From Amoebophrya sp. A120 (taxonomy: Eukaryota; Protista; Dinoflagellata), in assembly GCA_905178155.1 (NCBI GenBank), contig CAJINV010000001.1, positions 10,534,311-10,598,310 of the forward strand: DNA of 64,000 nt, in the 5' to 3' direction. Of this stretch, positions 26,801 through 37,931 are shown piece after piece. The position numbers and the translations under genes are program-made. The notes beneath the pieces were generated by a model. The model saw only the letters and a program-made list of their open reading frames with translations, searched no databases and was not told the DNA's origin. Numbering within the stretch: the stretch's first letter is position 1; each line of letters opens with the position of its first letter.

Positions 26801-29800
26801 AGCTCCCAAACCAGATCGCGTCGGATGTTTTCTTCTGGCCGAGTCCGATCATGCAGGTTTCCGTCTACGCTTCGTACTGGGTCGTGAACCGGCGCAGCGA
26901 CCTCGACTTCTTCGTCGCGCACGGCACGCCGCAGCTGGACAGTAACCGGCCGGCGTACCAGGTGCGCGCGAACACGCGCATGATTCTGTCCGAGGACCAC
27001 ATTCAGCGCAAGGGCCTGTTGTCCGAGGTGCGGGAAATCCAGGTGGGCGTAACAAACCAGTTCATGCGTGGCCTGGACCTCGGCCCAGCCGGCGGGGGCA
27101 AAAGCTACATCCCGAGTGCGCAAAACCCGGGAAGACACTCGCTATTGTCAAATGCCTCCGCAACGTCAAACAAGGCGCAGCTAAAGCGTCAAGTCACCGC
27201 ACGAGCCATATCGGGTGCCGCGTCGACGGAGAAGGCGCCGCTCTACATGATGTCGCACCCGTTCCCGGTGAAGCAGGTGACGACGGGGGGCATGGTGGTG
27301 GTTCCGAAGACGATGTATAACCCGATCCAACGCGTTTTTGGATACTCCGTGAATACCGCTCCGTTCCCCTTTTACCGCACGCTCGTGATCGAGATGGTTC
27401 GGGCCGTCACGCTGGTGAACCACAAGCGGCACCCCATCTGGGTGCGCTCTAAGGGCGAGGCCGGGTACCAGAAGGTCGACCCGCACCAGCAGGCGCAGTG
27501 GGACCCGCAGAGTGACGCACTGATGAAGGAGATCCAGTACGCACGGAGTCGCGGGAAGCCCATGGACGAAAAGAAAATTTTGGAACACGTCCAGCTACGC
27601 ATCACCGGGGACACGGACAAACACTACAGTAGCAGCTTCTCGATTCTGGAGCACGAGTGCTTCCAGCTCTCCACCGCTATTTCGGAAGAGGACCTGCCTC
27701 TTGCGAGCATGCGTATCATAACTCGACGAGGGGAGCTGCAGCGGCGAGAACGGAGCAAACAGTTGCGGCGCCGCAACTCCAACGGACGGTCGAGGTTCGG
27801 CCTCAACATAAACAGAGTAGACACCGCAGCTTCAACGTCTGTCGGAGTGACCGCACAGGATTCATCAACATCTGCCGGTGTAGTTCTTGCTGAGAACAAA
27901 AGCAGGGGTGCTGACCAGGAGCAAGACTTGCAATTTGTAAGCGGACAATTACAACCCCCGAAGCCGCGTGTGCATCTCTGCATCTCTTTGGTAGAAGTAT
28001 TGCAATCGGTGAACCAGTCCGCCTCCATCGTGGTGCGGTTCACCGAGCCCCAGGTGCCGCACTACCGGATCGCAAACTTCTATGGAAGCGTCAGGATTGA
28101 AATCGTCAAAGTTGAAATAATTTCTCATGTATAAATTGCAAGACATGAAGCGCCTCTCTTGCAGGAACAGCAAATGGGGCCGACTGTCAGCCTTTTTGGG
28201 GTCTGCGGTAGAGCTGCTAAAGTAGCATGACAAAAGACGCCGTCTGTACCTAAACAGCATGACAAACTGTATTTAGACGGCGCCGAAATTTGTCATGCAC
28301 CGCTTGAAAATTGGGCTTCCAACTGGTATCGATTTGATGCATTACAAGTTCTTTCAACTTTGTCGATTTCAAACCTGACACTCCCATAACTTCACCCCGC
28401 ACGCGCTCGCACTCTCGCAGGTGCACCGGAAATCCGTCACAGCGGAGCTGGCAGCGCTGACGAAAATCACCGAGGTGACGAAACAAGGACTGCACATGCT
28501 CCTGCGGAAAGCGCGCATTGGCATGTACGACAAGGCGGACGAACTCTCGCAGCCCCTCGTCCTCGAGCAGATGGAGAAGATCAACTTCGCCTGGAGCGCG
28601 CCGCAGCAGAGCCAGGAAGACGAGCAGTGCCTGAAACTGGAGGTGCTGGTTCACGGCGATTTGGACAACGACTCGGACGAAAACTTTTCGGTGCAGGAAG
28701 AGGTGGATCGCTGGAACGCCGCGGCGGTTTTCAACATCGGGCGGGTGCAGACCCACCCGGAGAAGCTCTTGGCTCCGCGACGGCTGCCCCAGTTTTCCGA
28801 CCTGGAAGGCGCGGATTTGTACAGCACCGGTTTTTTGGAAAGGCAGGCAAACAAGTTCGTGGCCGGCATCAACAAGCACGCGAAGGGGGCAATGAGCACG
28901 TTGCAGCCGTCGGCGGTGGTCGCAAAAGCAACCAAGGCAACGGAGACGATCACGAAGGCCCCGGTATGAAATGCAAAAATGTCTGGGTCTGGAAGGTTAG
29001 AACTTGTCATGCTAAATCTGAATGATGCAAAAATGAAAAATCTGTATGTTGGGCTGTCGCGCTCGGCTAGCTGGCCGGGCTGTACTGATCAGGTGTGGTG
29101 GGTAGCTCCCGACTGGTTGGCACTTTTCTTGGGGCGACTTGCCGTGGTAGCGCTCGGCTTTTGTATGATGAGGTTGCGGTTGCCGAAAGCGCTTCCTCGC
29201 CCACCCCCTGGGGAGGGGATCCTTGACCTGTGGCGCTGGGAGAGGGTGTCCACTACATGATGATGATGATCTGTGTTGCGTGAGTGCCAAAAGCTGTCCG
29301 CTTTTGACCAAGTTGAGAGGGAGTTTCTCATGTAGGAAAGGCATGATAGAGACCTCAAAAAATCTGTGATGCTGGGTCTCGCATTCCAGACCTCATGGGT
29401 CATGGAAAACCTGCGTCACAAATCTTGCATTCTTCCAGACCCAGACATTTTTACATTTGATACCCGGGATTCATGTACAACAAGACCAGGCAAGGAATGG
29501 ACGTGGCGGCGACCAGAGTGAACAAACTGGGCGCGAAATTCAACCGCCTACAAACGGGGGATGGCGAGGCGATCAAGGAAGACGTTTCTTCTACGGCGGA
29601 GCAGAACAGCGAACAAGCCGACAGCAAGCGTGCCATCGAGACGCGTGAAGTCATTCTAGAAGTAGAGGAGGGACGAGCAACAGTAGAGGGGACAATGGAA
29701 AATGAAGGACCCGACGACGACGAGGACGATCCGAGACGCACTACAATAGCGGGACGAGAAGGCGAGCACGCGATCTTAGACGCAGCTGCAGAGGGAGAAT

Positions 29801-32800
29801 CTGTTGCGAGTTCTGTACCGGATTCCACTTCTCGCATGCAACGATTGCAGATTCCCGATGCGACGGCGGTTGTACCTCGGCGGAATAAGCCCACGATCGC
29901 CGGAAGCGAGCAAAGCGTACCCACTGCACCAATTCTGGAAACGCTCCCGTCGCAGCATCGTCACCGGATCCGGGAGCGGGCACTTATTCGCGACACTGGT
30001 CGCGTCACGTACAACCTCCGGCGCGAAGAATTTTCGGTAAGCACGGTGGTGAATGGCGGAACCCGCGAGGTGGTGGTGTACCCCTGGATTCTGTTCCGAA
30101 ACTTCAAGAACGACGATTTGTTTGTTGCCCCTGGTCTCCACCGATGGCGGAGGCATCATCTCCACCGGCGCCGCTCTTCGGCAAGGTCGCCATTGCTAGA
30201 CCACGCGGAGGAGCGTAATCTTGGAACAAGGACGACGGTCATGCAGCACGTCCTGTCTACTTCCGAGGATGGAGACACGGAGGAGTCAACAAGTAGCGAA
30301 AGCAGCGGCGCGATAGAGGTATCGGAGGATGAGGATGCCCACGCACTGGCGGTTGGGGGCTCCCCACCGGGGTCGCCCGACAGTAAGAGTCGCGGCAGCC
30401 TGTTCATGAGTCCCCCGAAGACGCCCGGTGCTATCTCGGGGGGTTCGCCGTTTTCCTTGGGGGGGACCAATGTTGCCAAAACCGACGCAAAAAACAACCA
30501 ACAGGCCATGAGGCGGCTCACGGCGCGGATGGACCCGTCGGCTATGAATCTCAAGGCAAGCGGGGGTAAGAACAAAAAAAACAAAAGCAATAGAGTTCCA
30601 TCAAAAAAGAAGTCTCAAAGACCACCATCCACTTCCGCTCCGCTTGCTATTTCGGGCACAACAAGTCCGACCGCGGCTGCTCAAGCGCATCAGCACGAAC
30701 ACCGGCGCGGCCACGTGCTAGGGGCGGACTGGGTGCCGGCGGGCGGGTCCGCGGCGTTTTCGACGCAGAAGAAGCCAGCTGGGAACGTCGGTCTCGCACT
30801 GTCATTAGCGATGACGGGGGATATCTACCGGCAGGATCAGAGCAACTGGAGTTACCCAATGGTGATACCGCACAGGCCCGAGCGAAGCTTTTTCCGCAAA
30901 GTTTCCGCCAACGTCATGGAAGACCCTTATCTGGGACTGCTGAAGAAGTACCACATAAACCGGTGGCCCTTGTCGCTTCAAGCGCCAAAAAGGCCGACTG
31001 CCGGAGGTGCTGGGACATCAACTGGTGGACCAACGGAAGCAGGAGATACGACCTCGCGCAGGCACCACCATCACAAACACAACCACGCTCACTCGCACAA
31101 GTACGAAAATGTTTTTTGTTTGAATGTTTGCCTTTGATTTCCTTGTCTGCACACCCATGGTGTTTTAGACGAGACTTGAACGTTCTATGAAAATCTACGC
31201 GGTCACCAGCATCATCAAAAATTTTTTCCACACGCACAGACACAACCTGTACCTGCAAAAGAGCTACATTTTTCGACATCCCAACTGCCCCCTACGGCCG
31301 GACGCCACCTATCGCACCGCGTCCGAGTGGGACGTCACCAAGATGTGTCTCTCCTACGACCAGCGGCTTGAGTGTTGGGTTGTGGACGCCGTCGACGCAG
31401 TGATAGAAGCCCCGTTTTGGCTGGAAAACCACACCGACCGGCCCTTGTACGTCAAAGAGCTCTTGTTGAAAGAGGACACCGACGAGCCGGACGAGGAGGA
31501 CATGCCCGATGGCAGCCTCGGGCAGCTTCAGAGCGGACTCAACGACTTCACGAAAGCCGCAACGAACCTGATAGGCATCGGCGCAAGCGCCATGGGCGGG
31601 GGAGGTGCACCTGAAAGTGGCGGGAACAGTCGCGGAGGGGGAGGTGCGAATTTGCCGCAACAGGCAATAAAGGAGAGCTTAAGCAGGGGAGGGCGGACAG
31701 GCATATGGATGAACAACGAAGCTAACGCGACCTTGAACAAGCGCAGTGCCGCCTTCAATCCCCAGGGACGGATTTCCGTCGCATCCACGGCTGCTGGTGG
31801 ACCACCCGTGCAGAGCGCGGAATTGGCGGACAACGCCGCCGGTGGACTCTGGGGCCGAGCCCGAGCGATGCAACAGGCAAAGCAAATGGACAAGAGCAAT
31901 CCGCACTTTCGACGACGTACGCTAAACGACGCGCCGCTTGGGACCGAGCTCCCACGTAGGCTCCATGGTGTCGGCGAACCCGTGCCTTTTGCGTTCCACC
32001 AGCCGCACCAAATCAAGGATCCGCGCAGCTATGAGGCGCACGTGCAACGGACCAACGGGCAGGTGGAGAACAACACGAGCGGTCGCGTGCAAACCAGCGC
32101 CGCTCACACCTCGGGGAAAGCGGTTGTCACGTTTCGCGACAGCGAAACCAATGGGTGGATCAGCATAGATATTCCAGTTTTGCCCTATGTTCGGGACAAG
32201 GAGCTCTACAAGGATACAGGCGGGACCTTAACCTACTCCGTACTGAAAACACCTCCGGACCGGTCCCGTATTCACGCGCAGGTGGCAGCGCGCATGGCAA
32301 ACCAAGGGGCGGCTGCCAGTGCTGGCAGCAATGGCTACAGTGCCTCGTCTTTCGTTGACCCGTACTCCCCGTTATCGCATGTTGGAAACGCGCGCGGGGG
32401 CATATCAGATGGAACTGCGAAAGTAAACCCGTCGGTGAGGAGTCACCCACCAGCCCCACCAGACAGTTCGAACAAACCAGCGCGAGGAGCAAGTAGACCC
32501 TCGGGTGGAAAAAGTACTAAAGCGTCTGAATCTTACGGGTATCCTGTGCTCTTCAACCGCACGATTATCTTCAAGTTTGTTAAGCACAAACAGGTCCGTC
32601 GCAGCGCGAACATTGCGAACAAGGCGTCCACCTTCGCCGACATAGCAATGCAGGCAAAGACCTCTGTGATGCTTCCAAAGATCACCGCCCGGCTGCCAGT
32701 AAAAATGCATGCGAAAACCTTGTTCCAGTCGATTGCGCGACGGGCCGCGAGTCTCGCGAAGACCAATCAGTCGGTGATTGGCGCACAGACCGACGACCTC

Positions 32801-35800
32801 GAAGCTTACGCAACTTCCCCGGAACGGCAAAATAAGGGGGCGCGCCTGGTGAGCACTGCAACTGGAGGGACGAACGGCGCACAAATGCAGGACGGAACTG
32901 GCGGCAACGGCGGTGCGCAAGCCGGACCAAACGCGACAACAGGCACGAGGCGAGGCTCCGGCGCACAGAAAATGCTGAATCGCTTTGCGTCCCACGTTTT
33001 CCAGATACAGCGGGGTAAAACCAATTCGCTTAAAGGCGGCGGGCAGCCTGCCTTTCATCGCCAAATGACAACAAAAATAGCTAGGTCGGCAGGGCAATCG
33101 GCTAAAGTCGGAACTGGTGCGTTCAAGAACATAGTGCGCAAAACGCAGCAAATGCGAACATCGATGGATCCGACCCAGATGCTGCAGGCCTTCGTGACAA
33201 AGCTCCAGGACAGAAGACAAAGACTCCTGCATGTGCATGCGTTGGGTGACGCAATCGCGCGCGCACGAAATGACCAAACCTATCGGCAGTTCATCGCACG
33301 CCTGGACGAGTCCTACCTGAAGCAGATTGTGTACTTGGCCGGCGTCGGCTTTTCGATGAACGACGCCGCGCCCCGGGAGATCGGCTACCTTTTCATCGAG
33401 CGCATCCAAGTGGAAAACCGCAGCTACGACATCGCGCATCTCCGGGACCGGCGGTTGACTCATCAACTACAGCGCCAGATCGAACACCACGAGCGGATGT
33501 CGAGGCTTTCGGAACAGGATCCCCACGACGCTGCCATCCAGCAGCATCAGCACGTGGACACAGCATCTCCAATCGGCAGCTCGAAGGGCAACAAGCAGGA
33601 CGGCGCTGCAGCCAGCACAGCGACCGGAGCTCCTTCGAGTAGTGAAAGGGCCGGCGGTGCAGTTGCTCTATCGTCGGACATAGACCGGTTCACCGGCGAG
33701 GTTTTGGCTCACGATCCGCAGAAGACCTATCCGCTGGGCAGCCAGAACTGGGCTTTAACCGTGGGCGCACTCCAATTCGATACGTACCACGGCGCCACCA
33801 AGCGCAACGTGATATGCGTTCGCAGCCCGATCCTGGAGCAAGCCGGGGCTGCGTCCCGTTTGTGGATGCAAAACGCACTGAACCGACGCCGCGCGAGGGA
33901 CGAGGAGAAGCGGCGCAAAAAACTTACGAGGCTTGCAAGAAAAAACGCAGCCACCGGCGCGAAGAGAAAAACGCTGCAAGCAGGCGCACCAGATGAGGTG
34001 CCTCTTTCACCTCCGGGAGCAACATCTGCTCCTCAGATAGATCCTCGGCTGACGGTGGCGCACAACAACATGGCTTCTCCGGGATCGGCAGTAGGCCGTT
34101 CGTCTCCACTCACCGCCGGGCGATTGAGTTTACAAAGTCAAAGCCAGTCGCCGGGGAGTTCCATCCCTGCAGCCCCGCGCGCCAGCGCAAACAACGTGTA
34201 CATTGCCAACCAACAGACGGTCCACAAAGAGCGCTCGTCGGAGCAGGAGCGGCTCGGGGAGGTGGACAAGCAGCACACGCTCGGCGGGGAGATTTTATCG
34301 CAAGTGGTTTCGGCTCCGGGGAAAGTCGCCCGCGTTGTCCTTCCCGATTTTATTCAGCGCAATCTGAATCCCTTTCCCACGAAAAACAAAACGCAGGAAC
34401 AGGACCTTTGGATGCGACGTCTGGCGGAGCGCAGCGGTTCTCTGTTGACCGTTGCTGCAGCCATGCGGTACCAGGGCAGTATCGTTTGTCTCGAGTCCTT
34501 CCACGTGCACACCAACCGCCTGATTCTCAACATTGATTCCGGCTCGATCTACAACATTCTCCGGTTCGGCACCGCACTGGGCCAGAGTTTGTCCTCCGAT
34601 TTCATGGCGTTGCAGAGCAGCAGCGCGCTGAAGCTCCGCGGGGGCGGCTTGGATCCGGATTTGAGCGAGCCGAGTGTCGCGACGACGGACGGCAGCCTCA
34701 CAAGCTTTCCGACGCCGCTGTTCATCACGAAGTTCTACATGTCGAAAATCAAACTGGTCATCAGCGTACGGTTTTCCGGTGCAGAGGAGGTACGCGGCAT
34801 GGCCTCCTACAACGATAGCGAAATCATGAAGGCCTACGAATCCGTCGCAAAAGCGCTGTTTTTGGTCGACATACAGGTATCTTTGTTCTTTCTCCTTGTA
34901 GTTACCCGTTGTGTTTATGCCTCCGGCATGACTGTATCTTTCTACTTAAATCTCTCTTTCGTTTCTCTCACTATGGTCGCCAAGAGCAGATTCAATCGCG
35001 TAGCTCACCTCGACGAGGTACGGAAAAATATTACAACTGTGACTTCCAACATCATGCAGGACACTCCCTTTGCGCTTGGTGCGCTGTCGGGTTCTGGTGT
35101 TGCCGCCATCGAAATGGCGGACAAGTTTTTGACGAAAGGCAGCGAGGACCTGCAGGCTAAGATCGGGAGCAGCATTTTTGCTTCCATTCTCTTCCAGAGC
35201 ATCATGATCTTGGGAACGCCGAGCGCCTTCGGCAACATTCCACAGATAGGGCGAGCGTTCGTGAACGGTTTTGGGATCGTGCTGGTGAGTATCGGGCACA
35301 TTGCCACCGTCGTTCGACACCCACAGCTTCCGATTTTGTCGAAATTCAAACTGATTCTGTATCAGATTGCGCAGGTTTTGCGACGCGCGATAGCAGCGTT
35401 TTTCTTAGTGATTCGCTCCGGGAACAACTCCGCTACTGGGATTGGGCTGTCTATCCAAAAGGGGTTGAGCCGGATCTGTCTCGGCGCGCGAGTTCGGCTC
35501 CCCAGTGCGGTGACCAATATCAATCAGTCCAGCGGGGTCGGGACCATCTCGCTCAATGTGTACCACGCAGTGAAGTACTCGGCGCTGTGGTACGTGGCCC
35601 GGACCATTTTATGGATTGCAAAAAAGTCTGGGTCTGGAAGATTAGAACTTGTCATACTAAATCTGAATGATGCAAAAATCTGTGTTGCGTGAGTGCCAGA
35701 AGCTGTCCGCTTTTGACCAAGTTGATAGGGGGTCTCTCATGCAGGAAAGGCATGATAGAGACCTCAAAGAATCTGTCATGCTGGGGCTCCCATTCCAGAC

Positions 35801-37144
35801 CTCATGGGTCTTGGAAAACCGGCATCACAAATCGCGCACTCTTCCAGACCCAGACATTTTTGCATTTGATACATTTATGCTTGGTACGACTCGCTGGAGC
35901 GAGCCTGGTACAAGGGCAGCACGGCGTATCAAATGTAAAAATGTCTGGGTCTGGAAGAATGCAACTTGCCATGGTAAATCTGAAGCATACAAAAATCTGT
36001 GTTGCATAATTACCAAAAGTCGTCCAGTTTTGACCAAGTCGGGAGGGAGTTTCTCACGCAGGATAGGCATGAGAGAGATAACACAGAATCTGTGATGCTA
36101 GGTCCTGCATTCCAGGCTTCATGGGTCATGGAAAAGCTGCATGACAAATCGCGCATTCTTCCAGACCCAGACACTTTTACATTTGATACGGCGAACTGGT
36201 TGTACTTTGTCGCCCAGTTCTTCAGTCTCGGCCCCCGCATGTTTGTGTCGGTGTTCGCGGGGGCGGTGCTGACCATTGCGAAGATGGGGATCATCAACGA
36301 AATCGTCCTCGGCTACCTGGTCACCGCGTTTTCGCCCCTGATGAGCCGCTTGATCAAGGACCCGCCGGAGCAGCTGCGGCGGCTGCACTGCTTCAAGGGC
36401 GGACAGTTGCAGAATTACGATTCGCTAGCCTGCGGAGCCCTCGAGGTGGTCCGAAAAGAGTGCCGGGACGTGGACCGTCGGTTCTGGACGGTTTGTCCAC
36501 TGAGCAAGGCCACTTTCGTCATTTTAGAGACCGGGGCGATGTACTACTGCCGACGGCATGGACGCACCAAGGGCAGGCGCATACTGGACGGGTCGCACAA
36601 TTACATCCTCGATCGCTCGGAGCAGAGCGCACAGCCGCCGGGTGCGAATGTTGCAAATAAATCGTCGTCCGAACTGCGAAGGTTTCTCAACCGGCAAGAG
36701 GGAAAAAAGCCGGTGCTCGGTGGCGGGCTCGCGTCTCCCATTTCTCCCAAGAGCCCCGCCACGAGAGGGGAGGACAATCTCTCAGAAGCCGGGAGCGCCG
36801 CGGGTGTGGAAAAAAGAAAGTGCTGCAGCTGCAAGAGTAGTTGCTGCAGCAGCGGTGCCAACCGCAGAAAGCTGAGACGGCGCGCCCACCTCCAGCAGCA
36901 GCACGGCACGCAGATCGTATGGCGACTGGCGGACACATTCCGCGTGCATCGCGTGGCGCTCTTGCAAAAAGACCCCAGCATTGTGCTCTTTGAAGGCGTG
37001 GACACGAAGAAACGACGCAGCAAGCGCGGAACCCACTTGCTACCATGCGAAACAGAGGAGGACGCGCTGGTGCTTTTTAGCCACGTCTTGGAGCACCTCG
37101 GACCAATCAACGCCCTACGACAGTCGAATCCGCACCAAAGCTGA
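8893..37144 (+). CDS. VPS13: Giant VPS13-family bridge-like lipid transfer protein (~8,649 aa)
   Basis: Chorein-N-like start (EVLNKYLGSFVEDISPQDVSWAILKGNLELKHVRLK); VAB-like VSVYASYWVVNR, PHYRIANFT and APFWLENHT; C-terminal GVGFSMNDAAPREIGYLFI and ILGTPSAFGNI. Exons 8893-9271, 9439-10134, 10287-14654, 14966-28080, 28394-28964, 29468-31100, 31240-34876, 35060-35609, 35877-35926 and 36194-37144 sum to 25,950 nt in one frame. Confidence 0.82.
14655..14960. mobile_element. Introner family B (TIR TATTACARTGAAAAATGCCCCCACC), TSD GAACT
   Basis: TIRs at both ends; GAACT at 14650-14654 and 14961-14965; removal fuses the 1419-aa and 4389-aa ORFs (SWN-LSTIH). Confidence 0.93.
28081..28388. mobile_element. 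Introner family C (TIR TATGGRAGYGTCAGGWTTGAAATCGWCAAAGTTGAAA), TSD ACTTC
   Basis: ~37-bp TIRs; ACTTC at 28076-28080 and 28389-28393; removal restores YRIANF-TPHAL. Confidence 0.92.
28965..29462. mobile_element. Introner family A with nested insertion, TSD CCCGG
   Basis: Family A TIRs; CCCGG at 28960-28964 and 29463-29467; 498 nt versus ~260 nt for other family A copies; removal restores KAP-GFMYN. Confidence 0.92.
29046..29268 (+). mobile_element. Putative SINE or 5'-truncated non-LTR retroelement fragment with (TGA)n tail, nested in an introner
   Basis: 223-nt GC-rich insert absent from the sister copy at 35610; flanked by ATCTGT (29040-29045 and 29269-29274); ends CACTACATGATGATGATG. Confidence 0.55.
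35610..35871. mobile_element. Introner family A, TSD CATTT
   Basis: TIRs; CATTT at 35605-35609 and 35872-35876; removal restores RTI-YAWYD. Confidence 0.92.
35927..36188. mobile_element. Introner family A, TSD CGGCG
   Basis: TIRs; CGGCG at 35922-35926 and 36189-36193; removal restores GSTA-NWLYF. Confidence 0.93.
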
Positions 37145-37931
37145 GACTGTTTGAAACACTTTCCGACACGCAGTTTTCCCGCAGTGGCGGTTTTACTGTG
37201 CCAGTGCGAGTAGTATCGATGAGAATACAACGTCTGCGGCTCTTTCTTTTCTTTTCTAGTTCTCATGCATTTTTTTTTTTCGCGAAGTTACTTTTTTTTC
37301 GCATAAGCTAAAGCACAAGCAGGTTTAATCTGCATGAGAATCGTCTATTCGTATTTCCACTTTCACTTTCGTCTAGCGAAATAAAAGTCACGCGTACGGC
37401 TAAAGACCATCAAACCGCGAAAGAAAAGACACTGAAACTTTATACTTTTCCAATCAAATTTGAACACACATCTTTTTGAAGAGACAAGCATAATCTTACC
37501 TCGGTTCTTTGGTGCTCCGAAAAATCAAAATCTGACTTCTTTGTGACCAACGCTCGTGCGAAACGGAAGCTTACTTCAGCAGCAAAAAAAGACCGAAACA
37601 AAACTCAGCTGCACCTACTACGACAGGCAGCTTCATTAGCGTCGTTGGCGGACCTGCGGTGCGGCTGGTAAAAACAAGAAGCAGGGACGAAACGGGGATA
37701 TAGGGTGCAGTTTCCAACATTTTACGAGAGATCATATCCTCGAGAGCGCATCGTATCGTTGCCGTGCCAGGCTGTAGTTTCCGAGCACTCCTCGTTCACC
37801 GTAGAGTTGTGAGCGTCTCTCTCTTCCGGAGGTTCTTGTTTTCGTGTTGCCCGAGGACCTTCGTCGTCGTCCTTACCAGAACTTCGTACTGCGTGAGTTT
37901 GTTCGTTTGGGGAGCTAAGTAAAGTCGCACG

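Noticed and set aside
29160-29270. C/D snoRNA in the nested insert (ATGATGA box C-like)
   Set aside because: No properly placed downstream CTGA box D or terminal stem; the TSD and tail fit a retroelement better.
35610-36188. CRISPR-like or integron-like repeat-spacer arrangement
   Set aside because: The repeats are inverted termini of dispersed elements, the spacers are in-frame exons, and there is no cas or integrase gene.
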